Positions 1 to 14,080 are shown, counted from the first letter of the stretch. The stretch: 64,000 bases of DNA from Octopus vulgaris (GCA_951406725.2 OX597824.1:3038001-3102000); one strand, 5' to 3'. Numbers and translations are program-made. The notes: a model not told the origin generated them from the letters alone.

Positions 1-469
1 ACATAAAATACAGAATAGGCAACACATCAGAAAGTGATGTGCAGAATCAGTGGTTGAAATGGTGAGACCGTATGGCATATTACCAGCCAATGCACGCCAC
101 TATCCCAGAAGGAATATAAGAGACGCCACTACTGAAAATTATCTGAGAATAATCTCTGGCTTACGATCCATGCAAGAAGTGTAAAAGGTTGTTTCAACCG
201 GTGCGTTACACGTACCGAGAAGTACATTGTCGATGTGAATTTTCTTTGTTTTCTTTTTCATATTTTCTCTTTTTATTCTTTTTATTCTTTTTCCTTTTCT
301 CTTTTTTTCTTTCTTTTCTTTCCTCCCCTTTTTCTTGATTTTGTAAATGAACAATCGGGTGTGTTTATTTTAATGGCCTACCAATGTAGTGGGTATATTT
401 TTGTCCTACGTGTCGGGAAGACACTCAGCAAGATATGGAAACAAAATTGAAAGAAGAAAAATAATAATA

Positions 470-1085
470 ATATCAAAAAGTTATTAAAAACTATTTTAGT
501 TAGTATGGCTGTTTATCTTGAGATTTCGTGACAAGTCTCCTCACATCTCTATAAACTTGTGGTTTTTTAGAATTCTGGCAGAATAGAGGATTATATTTTT
601 CTGCCGGATTGAATTTTTCAGAGGATGGCATTTTCTATAGTATGGGTGTCTCAATTCCCGATATCCATCAGTCCCTTAGCCAACATTTTCTGTGTTGTTC
701 TAAGGGCACCAATTACCACAAGGACCATTTTTACCTTAGTTCTCCTCTTTCTCTTCACCTCCCTGTCAAGACTCATATTTCTAAATTTTCACTTAATTTT
801 AGTATCCATCCTGTAATCATATGGCATTGGAAGGTTTATGATCTTTTACTGTTAATTTTTTCTTTGTTCTCTACATTGGACTTCTTGCTATAAAAGTATA
901 GTCTGCCCTTATGTACAGATCTCATAAAATCCTGCAATTAAAATCCAGGATGACAACACCTGGTTGATGTTCATATCGCATTTTCTATCACTGAATCCAC
1001 ACTCTGGGCTAACCTTTGATATTTACTATTGTTTTTTTTCTTATCCTGTTCTTTTATTCTCCTCCATACAGAGAGAAGACGCTGT
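470..1085 (-). pseudogene. Degraded 3' fragment of an R4/Dong-type RLE non-LTR retrotransposon
   Basis: Manual minus-strand translation across frameshifts gives YEHQPGVV (~955-980), KVKMVLVVIGAL (~703-740) and ILYSARIL (~570-595). These match the C-terminus seen in the other RLE copies here. Confidence 0.6.
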
Positions 1086-1487
1086 GATTTGAAATCAAAT
1101 TTCAAAAGATACTTCAACTTGTGATTCTTATATCCAGTATAATGACATTGGGATGTAATTATATAACTTTTCTCATGAAATATTACGACTACAATAACAG
1201 CAATGGGAAATGGATATTTGATATATCGCTGATATTAATGGTTCTGTATTATTTTTAATTATATATGCATATATGTATATATATATATATATAAAGTTAA
1301 TCCAAACAAGAAAGCACAGAAAAAAAGAGAAAATTTGAGAAAAAAACACAGCAACGCAGGACGTGGAACAATTAAAGTATATATATATATATCATTTTAT
1401 ATTTGTGTTTAATGTATAATATATATATATATATGCATGTACATATATATCTATATATGTGTATATATATATATATATGCATGTACA

Positions 1488-1530
<43 letters not shown>

Positions 1531-1667
1531 ATATATATATATATATGTATATAAATGTATATATATATATACATACATACGTATATAGGTATGTATGTAT
1601 ATATACTTATATAATCTTAATATATTAGGGGAATGGAATGATACAAAATTTATATATATACGTAAAT

Positions 1668-2045
1668 ACCAGCCATATGGTTCCGGGTTCAGTCCCACTG
1701 CGTGGCACCTTGGGCAGGTGTCTTCTACTATAGCCTCGGGTCGACCAAAGCCTTGTGAGTGAATTTGGTAGATGGAAACTGAAAGAATCCCGTCGTATAT
1801 ATATATATATATGTGTGTACGTGTGTGTAAATGTTTGTGTGTCTGTGTTTGTCCCCCGAACATCACTTGACAACCGATGCTGGTGTTTTACGTCCCCATA
1901 ACGTAGCGTTTCGGCAAAAGAGACCGATAGAATCAATACAAGGCTTACAAAGAATACGTCCTAGGGTCGATTTGCTCGATGGAAAGGCAGTGCTCCAGCA
2001 TGGCCACATTCAAATGACTGAAACAAGTAAAAGAGAGTAAAAAAG
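1668..2045 (+). mobile_element. tRNA-derived SINE with CORE-like central motif (family C)
   Basis: B-box-like GGTTCAGTCCC, CCTTGGGCAGGTGTCTT, internal (TA)/(TG) tract and GAGTAAAA-type tail. Same family at 2124-2280(-), 43255-43612(-) and ~63470-63650(-). Confidence 0.8.
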
Positions 2046-2123
2046 ATACATATCTATCACTTTATCTACTTATCTATATATATATCTTTGTACACACATA
2101 CACGCACACACATATATATATAT

Positions 2124-2280
2124 ACGACGGACTTCTTTCAGTTTCCGCCTACGAAAACCGCTCACGAAACCTTGCCCGGTCCGAGGCCATAGTAGAAGAC
2201 ACTTGCCCCATGTGCAACACACTGGGATTGAACCCGGAACCATGTCTTTGGGAAGTAACCTTCTTACCACACAGTCATGC
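2124..2280 (-). mobile_element. 5' half of a family C SINE, inverted relative to the 1668-2045 copy
   Basis: Diverged reverse complement of the 5' part of 1668-1796. Confidence 0.75.
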
Positions 2281-2332
<52 letters not shown>

Positions 2333-2365
2333 TATATTATTATATGATTGAACGCCTCACATCAT

Positions 2366-2401
<36 letters not shown>

Positions 2402-2888
2402 CACACTCACAAGAGTGAGAGTGAGAGAGGAGAGAGAGAAAGAAAAGAGAGAGAGAAAAGAGAGAGAGAGACAGAGAGAGAGAGAATGGTGGTAATGCAG
2501 ATAAACACAATTAGGCTTAAAATATATATCGATATTACATATTGATGTCGATGTAATGATAATCTGAAATCAAAATGCGCAGAGTCTCGGGTGACGAAAC
2601 AGAGTTGTATGACATATTCCACCACTCTAACTGTTCTTCTGTTTTGTCAGAACTTTAGGATAGGGAGCATTTAAAGAGCTACTGCGTATTCCTTTGACCT
2701 TCTAGAAATAGCAACAAAACAGCCCTCAAAATACACAAATACCGTTTTAATGAACGTCACATGAAATAACGCAGTGTAATGTGCCCTATTTCTGAAAATA
2801 AGATGGGAATGTCTTTGCTGGAACGTCTTTGATTATGTACTTACTCAGTTAATGAGTACCACTTAGGTAAAGAACAACACCAACCACA

Positions 2889-3273
2889 GTGGAAGCGCAA
2901 TGGCCCAGTGGCTAGGGCAGCGGACTCGCGGTCGGAGTATCGCGATTTCGATTCCAAGAACGGGCGTTGTGTGTGTTTATATATATGCTTAACGAAAACA
3001 CCTAAATCTCCGAGGCTCCGGCAGTGGGTGGTTGCGACCCCTGTTGTACTCTTTCACTCCAACTTTCTCTCACTCTTTCTTCCAGTTTCTTGTCTCCGAC
3101 GTCCTACGCAACTGCTGGGCCTGGATGCGCATTCAGCCATACCTCGATGCTCTCGGTGTCGGGGGTTGACCTGCTTTCTCTTCTGCGGGTCTTACGAATA
3201 GCAAAGGACCACGTTTCGTACTTCTCCCATCTTGCGAGCTCTGGGATGAAGACCGTTCGCTCAACAGCAACAG
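2889..3273 (+). mobile_element. Full-length tRNA-derived SINE (family A) with 14-bp target-site duplication
   Basis: A-box-like TGGCCCAGTGG, B-box-like ATTTCGATTCC and CAACAG-type tail. CAACACCAACCACA flanks it at 2875-2888 and 3274-3287. Close paralog at 13698-14080. Confidence 0.85.
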
Positions 3274-4384
3274 CAACACCAACCACAATTCAGCATCGGG
3301 TTTTATTTTAATTAGAAATAAGTTTAGGTGAGAAAAAAACAGGATGTTGAGTTGTTCACGGTATTCTTACAAATATTAGTTGTCGAAATGTAGTGAAATG
3401 GGTTCTCTTGGGAATCGAAACAGCATTGCAGATTTGAATGTACAGAATTTTGCATGTTGATCCATCAGCAACAGATGTAATAACTATAGTTTATAGGTAA
3501 AGTTGATGAGAATGTATTGATCTGTGACAACTCGAGATCACCATTATAATTATGAGTTCTTAATAAGTGATTGATCGCGAAGTCACGATAAAACAAAAAG
3601 AAGAAAATGATTTGCAAGTCTTGATCTTGTCAAAGCTGTTGCTTTGAATATTCCTATAAACTGCAACTATTTATCATATTTATGACAGAATTTGTAACCC
3701 TAACTTACATACCATTCTGGGAATAATGAAAGAAAATATCAAGTAAATTAAGTTAAAAGTCAAGAAATGCAAACACTACGAGAATACGATTAATGAGAGA
3801 GGATGGGAAGAAAAAGAGGGTAAACAGCATTTATTAGATATTCACCTATCGTTAATCGATATGGAATGCTCTGAATGTTCATTTGATCTTTGTCAATAGA
3901 TAACAAGATGATTCATATTAAAATCAATAATACGGAAAGGAAGGATGTCAATTGCGATGATAGAGTAAGCTAGGTTATAATTTAGCATCGTGAATTCTGA
4001 AATATGAGATGATGCTAGAAGCTTCAGAAAAGACATCCAAATGATTTTCTTTTTAAGGGACCTTGACACAGTTACAAAAAGGAATTCTATAAGGGTCGTT
4101 GCCTGAAATACTACAACGATACAGGATTCTAATAAATAGGATTTCTTTTTGTTCCATTTTAGCTTTTTATTTTATTTTCTGTGTTTATCTTAAAGATCTC
4201 CTTTACCGTGAAGTCTGCTCAAGAATAAGATTGTGTAACGTCGGTATAAAACTCGAATCGATATTTTAGAATAATGTTCTGATTAAAAGCGGTCAGTTGA
4301 TGGCCATGATAGAAGTCTGGACTAAATCCATCCAGTTATTTAGGTTCTTTTATCTATTATTACTTAAATCACTGTTAATGACTA

Positions 4385-4690
4385 TGTAACTGAAAAGAAC
4401 TCAAATTTGAACCTAGACTATGGCTTGGATAAAATGAGTATTGGCTCAGCTCTGTCCTGGGTCCCTGGGACTCATAAGGCCGGAGAATAAACCGTTTTGT
4501 ATCTGAGATTACAACAACTCCCTCCTTCCTGAACCGAATTTCATTTACAGCTAAGTGAACTGGAGCAACGGAAAATGAAGTAATTTGCTCAAGAATACAA
4601 CACACAGCCCGGTCCGAGAATCGAAACTACGACCCTGTGATTGTAAATGCATAACCCTGAACACGGAACCACGCGTTTTCACTTGGAAGG
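4385..4690 (-). mobile_element. Diverged tRNA-derived SINE
   Basis: Minus strand GTTTCGATTCTCGGACCGGG...TTCTTGAGCAAATTACTTCATTTTCCGTTGCTCCAGTTCAC. Related to the + strand copy at ~25920-26130. Confidence 0.65.
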
Positions 4691-6399
4691 AAGTGTAGAA
4701 AGTGAAAATATATATGTGACTATAGCTTATGCTGTAAATTTGGTTTGTTGGAAGTTTAGAATCGTTTAGGACACTAAACTTCATTCATTAACACATGAAA
4801 TAAATACATATATATCCTTGTTATGCAAAGGAAAATCAAAATATGAAGTAGATACGAATAGGTTGATAACTCTTAAATCCAATGACGTCATAGATTCATT
4901 TTGTAAATTTGGCAGCAGATTAAATTCTGTACGCTTACAGTTCACCTCATCGCCGGAATTAAGCAGCTGTTGAATATCACACCGTTACCATTAACCGTAA
5001 TAGAATAAAGTGCTACGTTTGTAAAGGTTTGTCATCATCTTAATCTCACACAGAACATACCCAACATCTTCTTTGCCACAAGATGTATTTGCCTCCTTTA
5101 GCAGATATATTAACTAAACCATTTTACTTAAACCACTAATATCTAGAATATGGATTGCCTAATATATTTTTCTCTATTCTCATTGTTTCTTCTGATAACC
5201 TGTCACAGGAAGGAGCATTCCATCTGATTTCGAAAAATATAAATGTTCCTTGTAAATTTCTAATATAAGCAATTATAAGGCTTTTTAATTTCAGTTGCTT
5301 TCTTCGTGATTTACTTAGGTTTCTTCCTTATTCGGGAGAAGTTAGCATTTTTGCTAAGTAGTATGTTTTGTTGTTTGCAGTTATAGTAACATTTCTCTTT
5401 ATCACAACCATTTTGCCACTAAACACATGGAATTTCATTGTACCAGGCTGAGAAATTGTCTTTATTAACTTCAACGGATATGCATTGATATGACACTACA
5501 TTCTATTTGTATTAAGTTGATTTTCATGCAAGATTTTGCTTTTTTTTTTCTTTATACATCACCATCTAATGTTTTACTCACAATTCAACATCATAAGTTA
5601 TGTAAAATTTACATGCGAGTCCGTATCATACAAAATGTATAAACATCATTGAAAAAGCATGGTGCTGTGTTTTTTATCTGAGAGAAAGATCTCTAAATAA
5701 CCATGTTGCGTTAACAACACAATATCAGAGCAAGGTGAACATCGTTGCAGAATTGTCTCACGTGAACGACAGAAGTATTTTGTACTGTATGGGCTTTTTT
5801 CAATGTTGAACACTCGTTTGTCTCTGGCTAAAAAGAAATTCGTGCTTTGATATATAGGAAATAGGGAATTATTCACTGTTATTGCAAAAATCTTTCCGGT
5901 CTGTTAAAACAATTCGGTGAATGCAATTTAAACAGTATTTAATTAAAATCATCAATGCAAAGATGGTGATTTCATTTTAACGCTGTCTCAATATTTCATT
6001 TTAACGCTGTCTCAATTATTTATCCAAGATTATTTCTTAGCATTTAGAAACCATAATAAAGAATTACTATGATGATAATAATTTATTGCAGTAATAATTA
6101 CATGCTTTTTCTTTATTGCAGCCAGTGTAAATTTGGTGTTTAAGCTCCCATTCTCAAACCACTATTGAAAACTGACTGTAGTTTTATAATCTAATATTCG
6201 ATATTAGCAAGTAATGTTTACCAATATTGAAATCCAAGCATACAGCTCACGCGTATGGAACGGTGGTTACAACGCTTATACGCATTTTAGATTTTATCTA
6301 ATATTCGATATTATCAAGAAAATATGCTTACAAATATTGAAACCCAAATGTACAGCAAAAGCATACAGGACAGTATTTATCCTTCACGAGATACGAAAA

Positions 6400-6870
6400 T
6401 CCTAGACTTTATCCAAAATAAGACTACCTGACTAACTGGAATCGAATCACTCACAAACACACACCAACTCACATATGTGATGTGTCCCCTCGCATTTCCT
6501 TCTTTCCCAATGCTTCTATTGTCTCTAATCCTCACGCATGGCCGCTCTTGTACCACGTTGATTCAAGGCTATTCGCGTCATCTTGTCAGAATTATTATTT
6601 CCTTTTTGTTAAGAAACTGTATCTGGATGAAGGAGTTTTGTCATGGTATTCACAGACCATCAGTAACCGGTAAGATTAATTTTGCTATCGTTTGGCTTAA
6701 ACTATGCCACGTCAACGATTACAGGAAAGACGTACAAAATGTAGAGAATCTAGGAAGCCGACATTCTGGAAAGAAAAAAAAACTGAACATTGAATTGAAG
6801 CCAGGATTTGAGGTGTTGCATGCAATGTGGGTGATTAAAATGGACGTACGTGACTTGGGAGTACCTCAGT
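6400..6870 (+). pseudogene. Possible highly degraded piggyBac-like transposase relic
   Basis: KKLYLDEGVLSW resembles the piggyBac LSxDExMxxW first-Asp motif. KKKLNIELKPG...WVIKMDVRDL resembles KLKKG...WKDKRDVxML. Many frameshifts; weak. Confidence 0.3.
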
Positions 6871-8249
6871 GAAGGAGGCATAAAACCAGCTATTTTCGAG
6901 GATTGAAAGCTTTAGTATCGGTAGAAAAGAAGGCATAGAAAGAGAGAGAGAGAGAGATAGAGAGAGGAGATAGCACATATGTGGGCCAGAGTGGGGAGTG
7001 TGTTTGGTAGTGACATCGAACCAAACAGTCGAGCAGCTTTGTTTAGATGTTGTCTACACTTTCTGAAGAATTTCTTATTTCTCTGAGAAGATCTAAAATA
7101 ACCGAAGCTTCTTCACTTTGATATACACGCCTATCTTCATAGTATTTCCTGAATACTTCTTCTGCGCATTTTGTTTTACATGTTTCCATTTCATAAAGCT
7201 GACAGTTGAACACTTTTTGTTTTCGGAATATCTGCTAAATTATTTTATGCACGACTTTTATGTCTTCGTCATTATATTATTGTATCCTAGGCATACATTT
7301 CTCACATCATCAAATATTATTTCACATAAAAATCTATGACTATTTCGTTTTCAGTCTATTACACTTTCAACCAAAAACCGGCAACTTTTTGTCTTGCTAG
7401 TTTCTGAAATATTCTTTCTATAATTGAAACTGAATCAAAAGAATCAAAAAGAAACAATGATCATTGTAGCCCTTTCCAAGTACTTTTGATTGGATGGATA
7501 AAGAGATTTGAATAAGTTTACAATGATAAATGTTCAGTTTGACCCATGTGGGAAGAAGGTTATATTGGAAGGGGAGAGGCCAAAAGTCATATATCTGGCA
7601 ACTACGTAGAGTTGGATGTGATTACTATGATAAACGATCAATTTGAAGTGTTAAAGACCGGTGTTTAAAAGAGAGTATTTTGAAAGGGGAGCTACGGAGA
7701 ACATTATAGCTCTGGGCTGGAATGATCGGGTCTTGATAGTAAAATTGGATAAATGGAAGACTGCCAGGTAGATGGAATCTCTTAGCTAAAAAATCTGATC
7801 ATTTCACATTGTGACACAATGTGTTCACCTGAGGATACATTACAGAAAGGTATCTGTTGGATATTCACCCATTTATGCGCGGATTCAGTGGACCAAAGTC
7901 CATTCATTTCATTATTCTATCAAGATCTCTTTTTGGTTGATCTTCAGAATGTGAAAGCTTTTAACATTAAATCCGGAATAGAAACAGTTCCAGCGTGTAT
8001 AAAGCCAGTAGTTGTTTGAGTAGGGGTGGTGTCATTTACGGTTGGAGCTTCTGACAAGAAAACCTAATCTTAATTATATCAAGTGAATTTTTAGCATTGT
8101 GGGTACATTTTCCTGCCTTGTATGTTTGAATTACTTGGGAGAGTAATACAGACGAAAATACAGACGAATACAGACCTATTAACCTTACGAAGCTACGTTG
8201 CGATCAATGATGTAGTGTTGTCACAAAAAGTTAACCCTTAATAGACAGA

Positions 8250-9050
8250 TACGTCTCGTAATGTCAACGACCAAGCACGTCCTTTGTCAATGATAGCAAA
8301 GCAAAAATCAGCTATTGGTTCAAATCTTCTCGAAACACAGGAGCTGGAGTAACCCACAACCGGAATATTCCAACAGATGGCCATCCACACTCATCATCAA
8401 ATAACCAAAATAAAAAGAATGAAAAATGGTCAAGGGGAGGTAATAAAGATATTAAGCTCTATCGTGCCATGTATTTTCCCACAAATAAATCTAATACTGC
8501 ACAAACCTCCCTAAACTGGAGAGACAAGCAGTTGAAGTAAGATTCTACATAGAGAGTAACAAACTTGCCAACGTCAGGAGAAACATTATGAGAAAGAAAT
8601 TCCTCACTGAATTAGAAATTGACCAAATTAAAGAATCAGTAAGAGATAAAGGGAACAAAGTTGCGGCTAAAGAAGAAAATCAAATAGATGAAGAAAGTCA
8701 CACTGAAACAGACCCAACTGAACGAGTTGATCTAAAAAATCAAATCATGAATACGGTATGAATTAACGTGACACTCTCCTAAAAATTCGCAACTCTAACC
8801 AAAACCTGAAATGGAGATGCTGGTTAAAACTGTGCGGATGTGCAGCGAGGATATAGGAATGGAATTCGGTATCTCGGAGTGTGCTGTGCTCACTTTGAAA
8901 CGGGAGAAGAAAGCAGAATGTTGGGGCATAGAATTGCCAATCGGCGAGAGAATGGAAGATCCGGATGAGGATAGGTACAAGTACCTTAGGATCCTGGAGA
9001 TGGATAATATCTTCTACAGAGAAATGAAAATACAAAAGTGGGAAAAATAA
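8250..9050 (+). pseudogene. Internally deleted R4/Dong-type retrotransposon: N-terminal domain joined to an RT C-terminal piece
   Basis: KWSR...YIESNKLANVRRNIMRKKFLTELEIDQIKESV (~8425-8645), then EDIGMEFGISECAVLTLKR...YKYLRILE (8811-9050). Followed by an (AAT)/(AAC) tract. Confidence 0.7.
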
Positions 9051-9133
9051 TTACAGTAAAAGAGAATAATAATAATAACAACAACAACAGTAATAATAAT
9101 AATAACGAATTGAGATAGAAGCCACGTGTTTTT

Positions 9134-10812
9134 GTTAGTTAGTTAGTTAGTTAGTTAATTTGGCTCAAAAGCAAAAAGCAAGGCCATGTAGGGGGACATG
9201 GAGTTATGTACAGGGTGGTGTTCATGTAAAGAGTTCAGGCCACTTGAGGTCAAGGGAGGCTTTGAACAAAGCGGTCGTCGGCATCTTTACCATCTCGTCT
9301 GGCAGCTTGTTCCACGGATCCGCAACCCGGACGGAGAAAGCTCCTCTCCTTCGATTGAGATGAAATCGTCGCAGGTAGAGCTTTTCGGAATGACCCCGCA
9401 GCCGACGCTCTGGAGCAGGAGTGAAGAACAGCTCTTTCGAGAGGTTACACTTTCCGCTTATGATGTTGTGGGCGAGAATGAGATCACCACGGCGGCGGCG
9501 TTTTTCTAGAAAATAACGGTCGAGCGTCCTCAGCCTTTCTTCATAGGACAAATTTTTGAGACCATGAACCATGCGGGTAGCCAGCTTCTGGACCCTTTCG
9601 AGATGCTGTATGTCTTTGAGGAGATAAGGAGAAGAGGCTTGAATCCCATACTCCAATATGGGTCTCACCAGCGTGACATAGAGTGGTAGGAATATGGCTG
9701 CTGTGAGCATTCCGAATGACCGTCGAATCAAGAACAGAATTCCGCGTGCTTTGTTGGCAGCATGGACGCACTGGGCCGAAGGCGAAAAGGAGGAATCCAC
9801 CAAGATACCCAGGTCCTTTACCTGATCGGTCCTCTCCAGCAGCAGACGACCCGGCTCGAAATCAAGTTGAGTTGCAGGAGTAGAGCCGACAGGCAGATGA
9901 CAGCACTTTGACACGTTCAGACACAGGTCCCAATCGTTAGACCACTTCCAAATTTGGTGGAGGCATCGACGAAGATCCTCTATATTACCGCGAGGAGCGA
10001 CCAGTTTGATATCGTCGGCAAATAGAAGGGTGTGTTGCGTGAGGTCGTCGGGCAAGTCATTTATGAAGACTAAGAACAACAAGGGCCCAAGCACTGAATC
10101 TTGAGGCACGCCACTGCTCGCACTGGAGACGTCGGACCGCGAACCATTAACTTGGACTTGGAAGGAGCGATCTGAGAGGAAGGCACCAACCCATCGTACA
10201 ATATCCGGATGGAAACTATATGCTTGAAGCTTGACAAGTAATAGGCGATGGTTTACCGAGTCAAAAGCTTTGGCAAAGTCCAGTAAAACGATGTCAACAG
10301 CATCACTATCATCGAGGATGCGCGTCACCAATTCTTCCATTACTAGTAAGTTGGTCAAGCATGATCTCTTCGGCACGAAGCCGTGTTGGGAATCAGAGAT
10401 AGAGGCTGTGTTTAGGAGGTGGAGCATCATACTTTTCTTAAGGATGGTTTCGAACATCTTGCTGATTATTGATGTAAGGGAAACCGGTCGGTAGTTAAGC
10501 GGGTCTTCGCGGCTCCCTTTCTTGAAAATTGGGCAGATTATCGCTGTTCTCCAGTTTGCAGGTATAACACCCGTCGCCAATGACATATTGAATAGTCGCG
10601 TTAAGGGCTCGCAGATGACCGGAGCCAACGCTTTGATAACTCGTGGGTGTATTCCGTCAGGGCCGTGACCCTTGTTGACATCGAGGCCTTGAATAACACG
10701 TTTGACTTCGTCCCGCGTGATGACCAATCGAAGTATTGGAGGTACCGATCTATCAAATGGAGGGGGTTCACGACCATCATCTTGTTTGAAAATAGTTGAA
10801 AAAGCCTCGTCT
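9134..10812 (-). mobile_element. 5'-truncated CR1-type LINE with (TAAC)n 3' tail
   Basis: Uninterrupted RT frame, short 3' UTR, and (TTAG)n on the + strand at ~9134-9157. No endonuclease domain present. Confidence 0.9.
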
Positions 10813-10829
10813 GTAAAATTACTCTCCAA
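9222..10829 (-). CDS. Reverse transcriptase (truncated ORF2) of a CR1-type LINE
   Basis: GPDGIHPRVIK, NYRPVSLTS, QHGF, DFAKAFDSV, GVPQDSVLGPLLFLVFIND, FADDIKL, KDLGI, LVRPILEYG, LERVQKLATRMV, RRRRGDLI. The first few codons are probably flank rather than element. Confidence 0.9.
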   Translation of the reverse strand: MESNFTDEAFSTIFKQDDGREPPPFDRSVPPILRLVITRDEVKRVIQGLDVNKGHGPDGIHPRVIKALAPVICEPLTRLFNMSLATGVIPANWRTAIICPIFKKGSREDPLNYRPVSLTSIISKMFETILKKSMMLHLLNTASISDSQHGFVPKRSCLTNLLVMEELVTRILDDSDAVDIVLLDFAKAFDSVNHRLLLVKLQAYSFHPDIVRWVGAFLSDRSFQVQVNGSRSDVSSASSGVPQDSVLGPLLFLVFINDLPDDLTQHTLLFADDIKLVAPRGNIEDLRRCLHQIWKWSNDWDLCLNVSKCCHLPVGSTPATQLDFEPGRLLLERTDQVKDLGILVDSSFSPSAQCVHAANKARGILFLIRRSFGMLTAAIFLPLYVTLVRPILEYGIQASSPYLLKDIQHLERVQKLATRMVHGLKNLSYEERLRTLDRYFLEKRRRRGDLILAHNIISGKCNLSKELFFTPAPERRLRGHSEKLYLRRFHLNRRRGAFSVRVADPWNKLPDEMVKMPTTALFKASLDLKWPELFT

Positions 10830-11639
10830 TGTACAACAGCATCCCTTTCATTACGCTATTTCTCATCAAGAATATTACAAAATAATATAATGTCTATTTT
10901 GACTCTTTGAAGTTTGTGTGCAATGATGAGAAGAGGAACCTAACTATTCTGTTCCGTTTCTTCGTGCTTAAAGGAGGAAAATATCAGGAAAACAGACGAC
11001 ACTCTCTCAAATCATAGGTCACCAAAAAGCGCAAGTTCTACTTCAACCCCCACCCCATAGCATTCGTACTTAATCAAATTCACAAAATTTACCATTCCAA
11101 GAATCCCTTTAAACTTTGGCGTTACCACAATTATCCCTGTAGCAACTTCAGCTATTAAATCCCCGATGTCTTGCCACCGATGTTTTACTCTCCGGTCTAA
11201 TTTATGGCAGTAAATCGATTCTACACTATTTCATGAATATATTTATAGAGCAGAATATTTATTGCCATTTCTTCGGTTCGATCTTCATTTTTGATTCCAG
11301 TGGAATGCAAACACGGTTATTACATTTTATTTTGTTGCAAGGCTTTCGCCACTAAAATTGCCTAATGAAATATCATTTAAGTTATGATGTACTGTGTCAT
11401 CTGAGATTTATCGAGAACATATTTGTGAAGGTTCTGCTAAAACTCTACGTTATGACCATCATCTTCCACCAGAAGTGTAACCAGCATCCTGCTACCTCAA
11501 CGATTGCGACAAAATTTAAAATCCTAAATCAACTTCCAAATAGTTTCTGCTCTTCAGCTCCTATTCTTATTTTTGTCGTGTTGAACCAATCAAGTAGGAA
11601 GCATGACATAGAAACATAAAACCAATACTTTTCTTCTTC

Positions 11640-12226
<587 letters not shown>

Positions 12227-12239
12227 TATTATTATTATA

Positions 12240-13225
12240 TGAAAACTCACAGTTTATTTTTCTGGGCATGATGGAAAGTGTCAGCTGTCCACAGCCAGCA
12301 GACTCAGGTGACACTTGTTTATTGGTCATGCTTCAAGAATCCTACGAAGAATTCTTGCAGTTCCAAGCAATGCTGATTTTTGTAGGTGTTCTACATTCCT
12401 AGTTGAACCAATCCTTTTTAGCCAATTCGGTAGCAGAGTGTTCATACTCTTTCTGGGGTTTTCTCATACCACGTCTTTGCTCTTCGCAGGCCCTGATTTC
12501 CAAAAGGCTCCCAAGGGATCATTCTTGCAACATTGTCATGGCGTCTTTTATATTCCCGTTGGGCATTCACTAACCATGTACCACACTGTTTCTCCCCTCT
12601 CATCAAGCATTCTGCATGTGTCGCTGTAGGTAGTGTTTTCTATTCTGCACTTAACATAATTGGCCCTTAACACTCGTTCTTGAGCTGAGCCTATGAGTGC
12701 TTTCGTCTCTATCTTCAGGTCACTCTTCCTCATCCATAGCCACCGGTCTTCAGTTTTTGTCTTGGCGTTCAAATCTCTTGCTAACTGACCGTACATTTTT
12801 CTTTCCATGCCTTTTTTTGTGTTCATTTTTTTATTAAAATTTTTCATTCATTACTCAATTTTCAGTTTTGATGACACCGTCCTTCTTCCTATATTTCAAC
12901 AATGGCAACTGATCATATCTCTCCCACTCTTTCTTCTGGACAAGTACGGCTTATAGGTTCAATCTTAGGGTTGAAGGTTCCGTGTCCTGTCAACATTTTT
13001 CTGGTCTTGGTATCCATTTTGATCACTTCTCTTTTTCACCGCTTTACAATCTCACTCCATTCCGAAGTGATGCTATCGTCCACGTATTAACTGCTTGAAT
13101 TTTATTCCATCCAATCAATTTTGAGCGCAACACCAACCTCAGTTTCGGAAATACTCCATCCTCAGTTGCTCTTTCATTCTCTTTTCCATTATCTCGTTGA
13201 AGTCCAGTATACCAAGATATGTAGC
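12240..13225 (-). pseudogene. Older R4/Dong-type fragment (RT thumb, CCHC-knuckle region, deleted RLE)
   Basis: TYLGILDFNEI..., MYGQLARD...WLWMRKSDLKIETKALIGSAQE...CRMLDERGETVWYMVSECP. Bounded by (TTA/TCA)n and (AGT)n tracts. Confidence 0.75.
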
Positions 13226-13302
13226 AGCTGCAACAGGAGTAGCAGCAGCAGCAGTAGTAGTAGTAGTAGTAGTACTAGTAGTAGTAGTAGTAGTAGTAGT
13301 AA

Positions 13303-13344
<42 letters not shown>

Positions 13345-13697
13345 GAGGAGGAGGAGGAGGAGGAGGAGGAGACAATATTCGATATTTTGTATAATTATGA
13401 CGAGGTGGAAGAATCGTTAGAACCTTGGGGGAAAATGTTTTTTACCTTATTTTTTTGGGGCCCTTTGTGAGTTCAAATGCTGCTGTGGAGAATTTTTGTC
13501 TTTCATCCTTACTGAAAATCGATAAAATAAAGTATCCGTGGGATATTGATGACGATAATTTAATCGACTGTTTGTGGCTTCCTAATATTTCTGGTTCTGT
13601 GCCTTTGTACGAAACTATTTCTAACATTAGCTGACCCGAAAAGAACTGAATAAGTTGGGCTCTCAATAGCAACACCACCAACAACAACGCCAACAGC

Positions 13698-14080
13698 AGT
13701 GGAGGCGCAATGGCCCAGTGGTTAGGGCAGCGGACTCGCGGTCGGAGGATCGCGGTTTCGATTCCCAGATCGGGCGTTGTGTGTGTATATTGAGCGGAAA
13801 CACCTAAAGCTCCACGAGGCTCCGGCAGTGGGCGGTGGCGACCCCTGTTGTACTCTTTCGCCCCGACTTTCTCTCACACTTTTTTCCTGTTTCCTGTCCC
13901 CGACTTCCTACGCAACCGCTGAGCCTGGATGCGCATTCATCCATCTGTCGATGCTCTCGGTGTCGGGGGTTGACCTGCTTTCTCTTCTGCGGGTCTTACG
14001 AATAGCAAAGGAGCTCGTTTCGGACTTCTCCCATCTTGCGAACTCTGTGACGAAGACCGCTTCGCTCAACAGCAACAGCC
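13698..14080 (+). mobile_element. tRNA-derived SINE family A
   Basis: Colinear with 2889-3273; sits in a CAA-rich site. Confidence 0.85.

Noticed and set aside
60-240. Possible PLE GIY-YIG C-terminal echo (AYDPCKKC...TEKYIV)
   Set aside because: Needs several frameshifts and is too short to call.
7430-8150. Possible ancient LINE RT relics (also ~3360-4170, ~19300-19900, ~39130-39780)
   Set aside because: Only faint motif echoes; cannot be supported without a profile search.
9134-9157. (TTAG)n as a telomeric repeat
   Set aside because: It is the 3' tail of the CR1-type LINE, not TTAGGG.
13698-13776. tRNA genes at SINE heads (also 2889, 25560-25637, 38314, 40110-40175)
   Set aside because: No proper acceptor stem or terminator; each continues into a repeated SINE body.
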